This document shows positions 18,992-28,205 of a stretch of DNA of 64,000 nucleotides, one piece after another. Position 1 is the stretch's first letter; every line of letters starts with the position of its first letter. A model generated the notes under the pieces. It was not told the DNA's origin, searched no databases, and was given only the letters and a program-made list of their open reading frames with translations. Source of the DNA: a virus. Made by a program: the position numbers and the translations under genes. The stretch is taken from positions 1 to 64,000 of the IMG/VR virus record IMGVR_UViG_3300047300_001121, one strand, 5' to 3'.

Positions 18992-19681
18992 CTATTTGTT
19001 TGCACAAATTTCTTGGGGTCTTTTTGGCTTCAAAACTGGGCCGCTGGTCTGCGCCAAATTCACCAATGGACCAGCATTTTGCTTGTCGTATCTCGATCCA
19101 AAAAAGTGGATGAGCTTCGACTCGATCTCCAGGGCCTTGGCCTGCGTCAGGCCGGATGCAACAATTTTTACCACATCTTCCGCCATAAACCCATCAACCC
19201 TGAGCTGCCGGAGGATTACGCCGTGGCCCTCGTTTCGCTTCAGGTCATAAGCGCGCAAGCCGATACCCTTGCCAACATAGAAGGGCTCGCCCGAGACTGA
19301 GATAGAGCAATCGCTGTGAACAAGCTTAATTTGCCTGTCAACTCTTGGATCAAAATGCAGGTATACGTAGTAGTCGGATGACCCGTCGGTGTCAACAAAA
19401 TAACTCGACCAATCGCCGGACATCACGGCGCCGAAGTGTCGGATCCATGCGGCCTCGATCTCATCCTCGGTCGCATCCCTTAAAACAAGATGACGGTAGT
19501 TGCTATTCAGCCTTTGTTTTTCCGTGCTGCGACGGCGGTATAGATTTGAACCACCAAGGCGAGACATCCTGCGATGCTTCTCCTCAGAAATGGCTGACTC
19601 GATTGCGCAAAGCGCCTCCGAGGGAACCTGTTTTAGGTCTAGGTTTGCCAGCCAACTAAGGCTGAATGGGGTTTGCTGCAC
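18992..19681 (-). CDS. GIY-YIG-like (LEM-3-like) endonuclease
   Basis: YYVYLHFDPR...PFYVGKGIGLR...ALEIESKLI...LVN; lower GC. Confidence 0.8.
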   Translation of the reverse strand: MQQTPFSLSWLANLDLKQVPSEALCAIESAISEEKHRRMSRLGGSNLYRRRSTEKQRLNSNYRHLVLRDATEDEIEAAWIRHFGAVMSGDWSSYFVDTDGSSDYYVYLHFDPRVDRQIKLVHSDCSISVSGEPFYVGKGIGLRAYDLKRNEGHGVILRQLRVDGFMAEDVVKIVASGLTQAKALEIESKLIHFFGSRYDKQNAGPLVNLAQTSGPVLKPKRPQEICANK

Positions 19682-19940
19682 AAAAGGCCCTTCAAGTCTT
19701 CACTTACACACCAACCAACGGCGCCCACGCAAGGTGGCATAAGGCTTCTCACGGCCAAATGGAAGTGAAGGCTTGAGGAGCCTCCGTTTGTCGCTCAGTT
19801 GGTTGAATCGACAATAAAATTGTAGCACAACCAAAACAAATTGTTGTTTTTACGCCACAACTGACCACTGAGTGCCGTTCTGGGCACAGGGTTTTCCCTG
19901 ATTGACCAACAAAAACCCACTGATTTGGTTGGTCATTGAT

Positions 19941-19969
19941 TTGACCAATTTGTTTTGTTGCACAACAAT
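19941..19969 (+). promoter_or_regulatory. Early promoter TTGACC-N17-AACAAT
   Basis: Same geometry at 22202-22230 and 25486-25514. Confidence 0.6.
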
Positions 19970-20007
19970 CGGTTCATCACATCAACCAAACCACACAGGA
20001 GTTCGAC

Positions 20008-20151
20008 ATGTTCCCGGCAACCCGCAGCAACCAGATCACATACGCCTACTTTTGCCAGCTTGGCGGCCTGTCCAACCCGGCCACTTGGAGAATCGAGCGC
20101 CGCAACGGCTCGCACAGCTATTACACCTACCACCTCGTCAGCGTTCGTTAA
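20008..20151 (+). CDS. Hypothetical protein (47 aa)
   Basis: AGGAG RBS, MFPATRSNQITY... Confidence 0.55.
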   Translation: MFPATRSNQITYAYFCQLGGLSNPATWRIERRNGSHSYYTYHLVSVR

Positions 20152-20161
20152 GGAGTTCTAC

Positions 20162-20386
20162 ATGATCGAACACAGCATCTCCGAATCCGTCATTGACGGC
20201 GCCGTCGACGTGATCATCAACACCCGCGACTTCTGCGGTGACGAGCGTGAGGCCGTGCGCGACTACTGCGCCGACCTAAAGCAGCCGCACTGGCAGACCG
20301 TCTACCGCATCGCCAACTTCCGCGCCAACGCCCGCTGGAATGAGTTCCAGAAGAGCGCCGGCGTTGACCCCAAGTACACCTACTGA
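20162..20386 (+). CDS. Hypothetical protein
   Basis: AAGGAG RBS, MIEHSISE... Confidence 0.7.
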   Translation: MIEHSISESVIDGAVDVIINTRDFCGDEREAVRDYCADLKQPHWQTVYRIANFRANARWNEFQKSAGVDPKYTY

Positions 20387-20393
20387 GATTCAC

Positions 20394-20627
20394 ATGAGCT
20401 TCAAAAAACCCCGACTAAAAGCAAACCTTGCGGCTGAGGGATCCGTGTCAATTCCCGCAGAGTGGAGAGAACTTGATGGCCTGGTCCGAGCGGACATCCT
20501 GAAGGATTGGATCGGCATCCTGCAAATTGAGTACGACATCGCGGTTCTGGAGATGATTGATGGACCCGACCGAAGGCTTAAAGCTGCCATCCTGAAAAAA
20601 AAGCTGGCTAAATTTGTTCAACACTGA
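20394..20627 (+). CDS. Hypothetical protein
   Basis: MSFKKPRL..., packed in the operon. Confidence 0.6.
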   Translation: MSFKKPRLKANLAAEGSVSIPAEWRELDGLVRADILKDWIGILQIEYDIAVLEMIDGPDRRLKAAILKKKLAKFVQH

Positions 20628-20637
20628 GGAGTACACC

Positions 20638-20850
20638 ATGGGCGGATTCGTAACAAAATCTTTCACTTGCATTGATGGCCGCTACGAGGTCACCGAGTAC
20701 GGCAAGGGCACAGCCTACCTGGTCGAGGACAGCAAGACCATGAAGAGCTTCTACGTCCAGGGCGATGACGCCCAGACCCTGCGCAATGACAGCCAGGAGT
20801 TCACCAACAAGCACGCCATTGTCGAGACGATGGCAGCCATAGGGGAGTGA
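20638..20850 (+). CDS. Hypothetical protein
   Basis: GAGGAG RBS, MGGFVTKS... Confidence 0.7.
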   Translation: MGGFVTKSFTCIDGRYEVTEYGKGTAYLVEDSKTMKSFYVQGDDAQTLRNDSQEFTNKHAIVETMAAIGE

Positions 20851-20852
20851 GC

Positions 20853-20984
20853 ATGGCGGCCGAATACGACCCGCACTGGCCATTCCCGCAATACGACGAG
20901 AACGGCAAGCAGCTGCTGCCACCGCCGCCACCAAGGCGCAAGAAGCACCTCGAGCTCGAGGACATTGAAGATGCACCAATGTAA
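20853..20984 (+). CDS. Hypothetical protein (43 aa)
   Basis: GGAG RBS, MAAEYDPHWPFPQY... Confidence 0.55.
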   Translation: MAAEYDPHWPFPQYDENGKQLLPPPPPRRKKHLELEDIEDAPM

Positions 20985-20993
20985 GGACTGAAA

Positions 20994-21722
20994 ATGGAAC
21001 GTGAATTATTGCGCCGGGCCGCGGTGGCCCTGAATGACTGGACCCACACTTATGCGTCGGAGCTCTGCGACTCCGAGCGCGTGGCACAGGCCTGGGCTCG
21101 AATTGAGGCGGCCGGCGGCACCGTTGCATACATCGCCGACTTGGCATCGGAAATCAATTCATTTCTGGCGCAGCCGGAGCAGAAGCCATTGAGATGCAGG
21201 TCAGAGCCTTGCGTAAACGACAACAACATAGGGGCGTGTCGGAGATGCAAGAACTCCAGCGAGTTTCTTTCGTGGAATGACCAAGGGTCGCGGGAACTGG
21301 TGGCGTATGCCGACAAGATCGCGTTCGAGGACGCCATGAAAACCGGCAAGGGGTGCGACGTGTGGCCGACAGCTGGCGACTACGAGGCGCGCACCGGCCG
21401 CAAACTGATCGAACTTCGCACCCAACCCCAGACGCAGCAGGAGCGCACACCTGGAGGCGTGAATCTCGCGGATTACGACTACGACGACGGGAGCTTCAAG
21501 GCGAAGAAAGAGCGCTTGCCACATGTCGCCACCAGCGACACATCGCGAACTCGTGTCGACGAAACCGCAAAACAGCAACATGACCCGCTGCCCAAAAGCG
21601 AGAGCTTAAAACACAAATACAACGCGCACAAAAAATATCCGTGGTTCTGTGCCGATTGCGGCTACCCAGAACATGAATTACTTATGCACACAGCCGCCCA
21701 CGGCATCAAGGAGACCGAATGA
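20994..21722 (+). CDS. Mosaic hypothetical early protein
   Basis: RBS, ATGA overlap with the next gene, small Cys/His clusters. Confidence 0.65.
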   Translation: MERELLRRAAVALNDWTHTYASELCDSERVAQAWARIEAAGGTVAYIADLASEINSFLAQPEQKPLRCRSEPCVNDNNIGACRRCKNSSEFLSWNDQGSRELVAYADKIAFEDAMKTGKGCDVWPTAGDYEARTGRKLIELRTQPQTQQERTPGGVNLADYDYDDGSFKAKKERLPHVATSDTSRTRVDETAKQQHDPLPKSESLKHKYNAHKKYPWFCADCGYPEHELLMHTAAHGIKETE

Positions 21723-21943
21723 AAGAAGACATCAGCCCGGGTATGCAGGCGCTGTACGACATGGCCCTTGGACCGCAACACACCGGATGGCCACCCGGCC
21801 TTCTGCAAGACGACTGCGCGGGCCTCAGCAAGTGGCTCGCGAGCAAACCAGACGCCAGGCGCAGGGTGCGCGAAGCGCTGGATGAGCTTGATCGCCAGGA
21901 GCACGCGCGCAGTGTTGTGCGTGGCTTCGGCATTACCGAATAA
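21719..21943 (+). CDS. Hypothetical protein
   Basis: AAGGAG RBS; GWPPGLLQDD...LSKWLAS. Confidence 0.7.
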   Translation: MKEDISPGMQALYDMALGPQHTGWPPGLLQDDCAGLSKWLASKPDARRRVREALDELDRQEHARSVVRGFGITE

Positions 21944-21957
21944 CAGGGAGGCACAAC

Positions 21958-22167
21958 TTGGCCAAGAAACAGTACCAATGCGCCAGCTGTGGCGACCCGT
22001 TCCTGGCACGCGAGGCCGACCGCAAGCGAGGCTGGGCACGCTTCTGCTCGAAGTCATGCAAGGCAATCAAGCAGGAGCAGCGCACCGGGCAGTATGCGCG
22101 ACACCTCCAGGGTGCGCGCGAGGGCGGCCTCTGCTTTCCGTCATTTGCTGAAGGCGAAGTCCAATAA
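21958..22167 (+). CDS. Small Zn-binding protein
   Basis: CASCG...RGWARFCSKSC. Confidence 0.7.
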   Translation: MAKKQYQCASCGDPFLAREADRKRGWARFCSKSCKAIKQEQRTGQYARHLQGAREGGLCFPSFAEGEVQ

Positions 22168-22201
22168 CCAACCAATTTGCTCGGATTTTTTTTCGTTCGG
22201 G

Positions 22202-22230
22202 TTGCAACAAAATGTTTTGTGCGCAACAAT
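22202..22230 (+). promoter_or_regulatory. Early promoter TTGCAA-N17-AACAAT with overlapping operator
   Basis: Operator-like CAACAAAATGTTT at 22205-22217. Confidence 0.6.
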
Positions 22231-22262
22231 CAGTTCACAGTCAATTACATAGGAGTTTTTAA

Positions 22263-22745
22263 TTGAACACGCTTCACATCACCATCAACGGCGAGCCAGC
22301 TCACGGCGCGCAGGCTGAGGCTCACTTCGTCGAGTGGGCCCTGGCCCTGGAACAAGAGCACAACGAGAAGCTGTTGGCAGCATGCAAGGGTGAGCGCACC
22401 TCCCTGGCGGCGATCAACGTATTCCAGTTTGCGGCGTTCTCTCCCTTCCGCACGACAGCGGATTGCAACTTGCTCGGCCAGGCCGGCATTGAGATCAAGC
22501 CCGTCGTCCACTTTCAGGGCAACGTCGATTTTTACCAGGTGCCGCTCATTGACACCGGCGAGACGTGCGAGGTCGCCTATCTTTTCGCGCTTGATCACCC
22601 CCGGCTTGGGTGCAGACCCGTCCGTACGTCACGGGTCTTGAAAATGAATGACGACGGCTCATTCGAGACGCTGAACACCATCTACAAACCGGCACCCGAG
22701 GTGGAGCATCTGCCGGCCGATGACACGGAAGGCGGTGCAGCATGA
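22263..22745 (+). CDS. Hypothetical protein
   Basis: AGGAG RBS, TTG start, C-terminal VRTSRV...FETLNTIY and LPADDTEGG. Confidence 0.7.
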   Translation: MNTLHITINGEPAHGAQAEAHFVEWALALEQEHNEKLLAACKGERTSLAAINVFQFAAFSPFRTTADCNLLGQAGIEIKPVVHFQGNVDFYQVPLIDTGETCEVAYLFALDHPRLGCRPVRTSRVLKMNDDGSFETLNTIYKPAPEVEHLPADDTEGGAA

Positions 22746-23401
22746 TCCGCTTTCACTTCGATCGCAAATTCATCCCCCTGGTGGCGCCGTTCGCAGCCAG
22801 GGCTGACGTCCGCTACTACTTGTGCGGCATCCGCGTGGAAGCCGCCGGTGATCGCCCTGGCGTGTACATCGTCGGATGCGATGGCCACCGGCTCACGGTC
22901 GCCTACGACCGCACCGGCAGCATTGAGGGCGTCGAGGGCGGCTTGATCATGCGCGTGCCGCCTCAGTTCATCTCGGCATGCAAGGCGCGCTCATCATCGC
23001 CGCTGAAGGTCATCTGCGAGGGCGACCGGATCTCCGTCGGTGTTGAAGGCGGAGCTGCGCACAACGAGCGCGAGACGTACGTGATGCCGGGCAAGCCCTG
23101 GATTGAGGGCAACTACCCCAGGTGGAGGGACATCCTGCCCTGCTGGGCGGACCTGAAGCTCGGTTTCGCATCTGAGGTGAGCTCGGTCTACCTGGCCGAC
23201 TACCTGAAGCTCAACAGCGGCGGCCGCTACGGCGACGGACTCGTGTTCTGGCAAGAGAAGGCCGACTCACCCATTGTGGTGCAGCACACCTCGCAGCCGG
23301 AGATTGTGTCGATCCTGATGCCGCGGCGCACGGATGGCTCTGAGTTTCTGCGCAAGAAGTTGCCAGAGATCGCGGCCGGAAAGCAAAAGGTGACGCCATG
23401 A
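22742..23401 (+). CDS. DNA polymerase III beta-clamp-like protein (truncated)
   Basis: DVRYYLCGI, IVGCDGHRL, IEGNYPRW, LMPRR echo DnaN motifs. Confidence 0.7.
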   Translation: MIRFHFDRKFIPLVAPFAARADVRYYLCGIRVEAAGDRPGVYIVGCDGHRLTVAYDRTGSIEGVEGGLIMRVPPQFISACKARSSSPLKVICEGDRISVGVEGGAAHNERETYVMPGKPWIEGNYPRWRDILPCWADLKLGFASEVSSVYLADYLKLNSGGRYGDGLVFWQEKADSPIVVQHTSQPEIVSILMPRRTDGSEFLRKKLPEIAAGKQKVTP

Positions 23402-23721
23402 ATTGCAAACCAGGCGACCTGGCAATCATTGTCAATTGCGATTTCCCCGCAAACATTGGCAAGCTCGTGTCCGTGCTGAGGCCGGCCGACATGAACGATT
23501 ACCACTTGGGACCAAATGAGAATGATGGCTTTCTCTGGGAGTGCGAAACGCTCAGCGACGGCATCATTGGATGGGACGAAGGGGACAGCTACTCAGCCAA
23601 CAAAGCAGGCGGCCTGATTGCTCTTACCGACAGCTATCTGAAGCCAATTCGCGACCCGGGCGACGACGCCGCTGATGAGATGGTGTTGCGCACCGGCAAG
23701 CCACAGGAGGTGACGGCATGA
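23398..23721 (+). CDS. Hypothetical protein (MNCKPGDLA family), paralog of 36707-37027
   Basis: Shared N-terminus and DxxLxP(I/L)R motif. Confidence 0.75.
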   Translation: MNCKPGDLAIIVNCDFPANIGKLVSVLRPADMNDYHLGPNENDGFLWECETLSDGIIGWDEGDSYSANKAGGLIALTDSYLKPIRDPGDDAADEMVLRTGKPQEVTA

Positions 23722-23864
23722 CCCACAAGACCATCTTCACCTGGGTGTATGCCGTCGTGCTCTCACTCGGCATCACCGTCGCATTCACCGACGTGTTTGT
23801 CTGGCGCGCCGAAAAACCCGAGCCCTGCGGCTGCAATCAACCACCACAAAAGCACAAAAAATGA
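23718..23864 (+). CDS. Small membrane protein
   Basis: AGGAGG RBS, single TM, ATGA overlaps at both ends. Confidence 0.6.
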   Translation: MTHKTIFTWVYAVVLSLGITVAFTDVFVWRAEKPEPCGCNQPPQKHKK

Positions 23865-24115
23865 CCACGATCGAATACAGCTACAAGCACCCGGACCTTG
23901 ATGTCCCGATTGAATGCACCCTGGACTGCGAGCCGCCCCAGCGCGGAGCTCGAGAGCACGGCACCGGCCTGCAACTTGAGCCCGATTACGACGCATCCGC
24001 AGAGCTCACATCAGCTCGCGTCGGAGGCGTGGAGATCATCACGCTGCTAAGCGAAGACCTGGTGTACGAGATTCAATCTGCCGCACTCAGGCATTTGCAG
24101 GAGCCGTGCCTGTGA
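23861..24115 (+). CDS. Hypothetical protein
   Basis: TGLQLEPDY motif; operon coupling. Confidence 0.7.
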   Translation: MTTIEYSYKHPDLDVPIECTLDCEPPQRGAREHGTGLQLEPDYDASAELTSARVGGVEIITLLSEDLVYEIQSAALRHLQEPCL

Positions 24116-24639
24116 TGGATCAAGCAACACGAGACCTGGTGCTGGCATACGTGCGAGCACATTCCGCCGACGTCGGCGAGTGCTGGGAATGGCAGGGCGG
24201 CATGACGCGCGGCACAACCCCTGCGGCGCGCTTTCCCGGACCCGTCAAGCTGCCGAACTCGGTACGCAAGGCCGTCCTGCTGGCCACACTAAAAATCTCA
24301 CTGGGTAAGCGCTACGCCAGACCAAAGTGCGGCAACTTCCGCTGCGTAAACCCAGAGCATGTCGTGGCCGTGCCGTTGCACAACATCCGTCGAGAGGCAG
24401 CGAGCAGGACCAGCTACGGAAAAAGCATTGCCCGCCGCGCTGCAATCTCGAGAACCAAGCGCTCGCAGTCTCCGCTGACCAACGAGATGCTGCAAGAGAT
24501 CCGCGCATCAGAAGAGAGCAACAAACAACTGGCCACCCGCCTCGGGTTTTCAGTGCGGACCATCCGCATTGCACGCAAGGGCTACGTGCATGAGAAATTG
24601 ACAGCAACACCGTTCACAGGATTAGGAGCAAGAAAATGA
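24115..24639 (+). CDS. Degenerate HNH-like zinc domain plus HTH protein
   Basis: ECWEWQG...CGNFRCVNPEH; C-terminal LATRLGFSVRTI. Confidence 0.65.
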   Translation: MDQATRDLVLAYVRAHSADVGECWEWQGGMTRGTTPAARFPGPVKLPNSVRKAVLLATLKISLGKRYARPKCGNFRCVNPEHVVAVPLHNIRREAASRTSYGKSIARRAAISRTKRSQSPLTNEMLQEIRASEESNKQLATRLGFSVRTIRIARKGYVHEKLTATPFTGLGARK

Positions 24640-25451
24640 GCAATACCCGATTTAACAAGGGCGACACCGTCTATGACCTTCACGGGCGACAAGGCGCATA
24701 CATTGCGTCTTACGGTGGCTACCACTTGGTTGCGCCCGAATACGATGCCGGCGACTACGGCGAGCCAACCTGGGGCACTCCCGAGCAGTGGGATCAGATC
24801 TTCATCAAGCCGCCCACACAGAAGCTTGAGACCAAAATCGACGAGCTGGACAAGCTCATTACCGAGAAACGGGATGAGCTCAAGCGTATCAACGAAGAGC
24901 TCGATCAGGCTGGCCGCCGGCGCCAAGAGCAACTGAAGAAGCTCAAGCAGCATCAGGCGCTGCAACGCATCGAGGACTACCTCGACGGCAAATTCACGCA
25001 CTTCCTTGAGGTGCCGGAATACTACCCACCAAAAATCGTCGCAGTCGACGATGCCCTGAAGAGGGGCGGCATTGATCGGTGGGACACGCCGCTCAAGTTG
25101 CTCACGCTCTTTGGCGACACCAAGGGCGATCTGCAGTGGCGAATCAATCGCTACAGCGATGGCAGCGGGAGCAGCAATGTCGAGGTCTATCCAGTTGAAA
25201 ACGAGGAGGAGGCAATCGCAATCGTGCGCCGCCTGTACGCCGAGGCGGTAGAGGACTGGCGCATCCAGGAGAAGAAGCACTACGGCCGCGCCATCTACTG
25301 GACAGACAAGTGCCCTGATGGATGGATTGAGGCGCCCGATGATCTGCGCGCCTACCTGAATGCAGCAGCCGTCGAGAGAAGGCAGGCCGATCTGATCAAA
25401 GCCAAGGAGGCGCTGGCCAAAGCCCAAGCCGAACTGGCCGCGCTGCAATAA
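24636..25451 (+). CDS. Hypothetical coiled-coil protein
   Basis: AGGAG RBS; LKLLTLFG...WRINRYSDGSGS. Confidence 0.75.
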   Translation: MSNTRFNKGDTVYDLHGRQGAYIASYGGYHLVAPEYDAGDYGEPTWGTPEQWDQIFIKPPTQKLETKIDELDKLITEKRDELKRINEELDQAGRRRQEQLKKLKQHQALQRIEDYLDGKFTHFLEVPEYYPPKIVAVDDALKRGGIDRWDTPLKLLTLFGDTKGDLQWRINRYSDGSGSSNVEVYPVENEEEAIAIVRRLYAEAVEDWRIQEKKHYGRAIYWTDKCPDGWIEAPDDLRAYLNAAAVERRQADLIKAKEALAKAQAELAALQ

Positions 25452-25485
25452 CCCAGCAAAACTGAAGGGCTTTCAATTCGTTGAT

Positions 25486-25514
25486 TTGACAGCCCTTTTT
25501 AATTGCGCAACAAT
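25486..25514 (+). promoter_or_regulatory. Early promoter TTGACA-N17-AACAAT
   Basis: Perfect -35; operator-like site at 25527-25539. Confidence 0.65.
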
Positions 25515-25550
25515 TGGCTCCATCAGCAACAAATTGTTTAGGAGTTCAAC

Positions 25551-25904
25551 ATGTACCAAGGCCACCTCAATGACGGCAGCAGCATCCAGAAGCACAGCGC
25601 CGGCGCCCTGTATCCCTACGTCATCCAGTTCCGTGGCGAGGCCCTGGTGCCTGAACTCCGGCACCCGACTGGCGAGATCACCCAGCATGCCAGCTACGAC
25701 GAAGCCTGCGATGTAGCGCGTCAGCTGCTGGACCTGGCGCCCGCGGCCAAAGTCTGCGGCATCTCCAAGTCGGAGCTCGTGCGCTTCGTATGCGACCCGC
25801 ACACCGGCCGCGACTACGTGCAGCTCGCCAGCGTGCGCGGCATTGCAAACCTCATCAAGTCTTTTGGCCAGCGTGTCACGCGTGCCGACCGAGTTTTCCA
25901 TTAA
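25551..25904 (+). CDS. Hypothetical protein
   Basis: AGGAG RBS. Confidence 0.7.
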   Translation: MYQGHLNDGSSIQKHSAGALYPYVIQFRGEALVPELRHPTGEITQHASYDEACDVARQLLDLAPAAKVCGISKSELVRFVCDPHTGRDYVQLASVRGIANLIKSFGQRVTRADRVFH

Positions 25905-25933
25905 ACCAACCCACGTCTTTGAAAGGACACATC

Positions 25934-26176
25934 ATGCAAGACCTCAACGTCATCAACCGCCTGAACGCCGAAGCCATTGAGCGCGACATTCCCCGTCAGC
26001 TCGCTGCCGGCAAGATCGTCGTCGCCGAGTACACCGGCCTGCACTTCGTTGGCTACGAGACCTTCAGCGGAGAAAACGCCGAAGCCGAAGCCCAAGCCAA
26101 GCTGGCCCAGATCGAAGCCCAGGCCAGTGGCCACGGCAAGATCTTGCGTCCTGGCCAGAAGGCGTTGACCGCCTGA
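25934..26176 (+). CDS. Hypothetical protein
   Basis: AAGGA RBS, MQDLNVINRLN... Confidence 0.7.
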   Translation: MQDLNVINRLNAEAIERDIPRQLAAGKIVVAEYTGLHFVGYETFSGENAEAEAQAKLAQIEAQASGHGKILRPGQKALTA

Positions 26177-26246
26177 TGAAGCGGGCGCCATTTTTTGGCG
26201 CCCAGCACCAACAAAACGTAGCACAAAGCAACATTCAGGAGTCACC

Positions 26247-26630
26247 ATGCAGGCAATTATCAACGTCGAGCTCGATGAGAAATGCGGGCCCGGCATGAGC
26301 GCAGCAACGCGCCTTGAGCTGGTCTTGGCAACCGTGCGCCTCGTGTTCACGCGAGCGATTGGCGACATCCGTGTCGTCGATTACGTAGGCCCGGACGGAC
26401 CAGTCACAGAGAACACGGCGGTCATCACATTCGAGCACGCATCGGACAAGAACGCTGTGCTCGCGGCCATGTACAAGGTCGCCTACAAATTCAACCAGGA
26501 CTGCATCGCGATTCTGTTCTCGGATGGGGAGGGGCGCCTGGTCGGACCGGAGGCTGATCGCTGGGGCGGATTCAAGATCGAGTACTTCAAGCGCCCCGCG
26601 ATGTACGAACTTTTGAAGGAGGCAGCATGA
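26247..26630 (+). CDS. Putative SAM lyase-like (T3 SAMase-like) anti-restriction protein
   Basis: TENTAVI...FNQDCIAI...GRLVGP resembles the E..T/QD motifs recalled for phage SAM lyases. Confidence 0.5.
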   Translation: MQAIINVELDEKCGPGMSAATRLELVLATVRLVFTRAIGDIRVVDYVGPDGPVTENTAVITFEHASDKNAVLAAMYKVAYKFNQDCIAILFSDGEGRLVGPEADRWGGFKIEYFKRPAMYELLKEAA

Positions 26631-26845
26631 ACATCCCAGAACCCCACGAAGTCGACTCGCTCGAGAAAGCGGAGCAGGTCATTTCCGCCATTCAGCAAGC
26701 GGCCAAAGACCTGGTACTGAAGGCGCGCGAATACGGCATCGTGGTCACCATTGAAACGGAGCCCGTCAAGCCGCTGGCCATGGGCCACTACGACATGGTG
26801 GTCACCACCAGACCCGGCCACGATATTTACAGGAACCAATCATGA
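26627..26845 (+). CDS. Hypothetical protein
   Basis: PLAMGHY motif; coupled. Confidence 0.7.
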   Translation: MNIPEPHEVDSLEKAEQVISAIQQAAKDLVLKAREYGIVVTIETEPVKPLAMGHYDMVVTTRPGHDIYRNQS

Positions 26846-27117
26846 GCACCACACAAGACACCCGCTTTGCGACCCGCGATCAGTTTTACAAAGTGCTCTT
26901 GCGCTGGATGCCCGAGTGGACGTCTGGCATGCCCGAGGCAAAGCTCATTGCCGGCATTTTTGCGCAGGCATGGGACGACGGAATTGACTGGTTCTTCAAC
27001 ACCCGCAACAAAGCGCTTCTGTTCTATTGCGACAAGACGGGACTCAACCCGCAAGTCATCGCCGATACGTACAGAAAGCACAACCGCGCACGAGCCAAAC
27101 GACTGGGGATCGCATGA
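26842..27117 (+). CDS. Hypothetical protein
   Basis: Coupled ORF. Confidence 0.65.
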   Translation: MSTTQDTRFATRDQFYKVLLRWMPEWTSGMPEAKLIAGIFAQAWDDGIDWFFNTRNKALLFYCDKTGLNPQVIADTYRKHNRARAKRLGIA

Positions 27118-27305
27118 AGCGACAAGGATCTGGCCGCAAGGCCGTTGACGGCATCACCGGCGCAGACAAGCGCGTGAATGTCGTCCTGACATCAGAACAC
27201 CGCCGCCGCCTGGAGCAGCTTGCACCCAACGGGTTCAGCGCCTGGATCAGAGCAGCAATTGACACCGCCTGGGGCAAACAAAGAAAGGACGCGCCCAATG
27301 CATAA
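27114..27305 (+). CDS. Ribbon-helix-helix-like DNA-binding protein
   Basis: RVNVVL...SAWIRAAID. Confidence 0.55.
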   Translation: MKRQGSGRKAVDGITGADKRVNVVLTSEHRRRLEQLAPNGFSAWIRAAIDTAWGKQRKDAPNA

Positions 27306-27546
27306 CACGACAGAAGTTTTCCATCACAGCATACTGCCCGTGCGCAACGGCGTGTACCTCACGCAAAGCGTTGACCCGGAAGACGGCAGGATCCTGAGCG
27401 ACTGGATGTACAGCTACTTTGATGCCACCGACCGGGTCTGGGGTTGTGCAGCAATCACGCCAGCGGAAGCCCACTCGGTGCCGGACTACGAGTTTGCCTG
27501 GCAGACCAAGAACTGGCGCGGCCTCACCGAGGAGGCGAAGGCATGA
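27298..27546 (+). CDS. Hypothetical protein
   Basis: PVRNGVY...WRGL. Confidence 0.7.
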   Translation: MHNTTEVFHHSILPVRNGVYLTQSVDPEDGRILSDWMYSYFDATDRVWGCAAITPAEAHSVPDYEFAWQTKNWRGLTEEAKA

Positions 27547-28205
27547 CCAAGTATCAATGCTCAGAAGGGAGGGTGCTTCAGGACCTGGTCAGCCACGAGA
27601 TGCATGTCATCCGCGATGACGGCGCTCACCGCCACCTTCGCTTTAAGCGCCCCGACAGCAGCACGTACTGGTTCGACCTGATCACCTGGCCAGGCACGCT
27701 GTGCATTGACGGCGACTGCGGCACCTACGTGTTCCGTCGCCTCGAGGACATGTTCGAGTTCTTCCGCACCGACCGCGCGTACGCCTTGCGCAACGGCAAC
27801 AAGCTGGCCATCAACCCTGGCTACTGGGGCGAGAAGCTGCAATCCATCTCGAGATTCGGGGAAGGCTTCAAGGAGTTCAGCGAGCAGCGCTTCCGCGACG
27901 CCGTCAAGGACGAGTTCGACATGTGGGTCGAAGGCGAAGAGCCAAACGAAGAGACCAAGGCGGCACTCTGGGAAGAGCTGGAGGACCGGGTCTTGTCGTA
28001 CGCCAGCGATGGCGCCCACGACGCGGTCAGAGCTGCGATGGACTTCGAGCCCGATGACAGCGAAGTGCGGTTTGATATGCGCGACTTCTACGGCCACCGC
28101 CTCGAGGACTACACATTCCATTTCATCTGGTGCTGCTACGCGATTGCGTGGGGCATTCAGCTGTACGACGAGACCCAAACCGCAACACAGAAAGAAGCAG
28201 CATGA
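27543..28205 (+). CDS. Conserved phage hypothetical protein
   Basis: HRHLRF...YWFDLITWPGTLCIDGD...INPGYWGEKL. Confidence 0.75.
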   Translation: MTKYQCSEGRVLQDLVSHEMHVIRDDGAHRHLRFKRPDSSTYWFDLITWPGTLCIDGDCGTYVFRRLEDMFEFFRTDRAYALRNGNKLAINPGYWGEKLQSISRFGEGFKEFSEQRFRDAVKDEFDMWVEGEEPNEETKAALWEELEDRVLSYASDGAHDAVRAAMDFEPDDSEVRFDMRDFYGHRLEDYTFHFIWCCYAIAWGIQLYDETQTATQKEAA

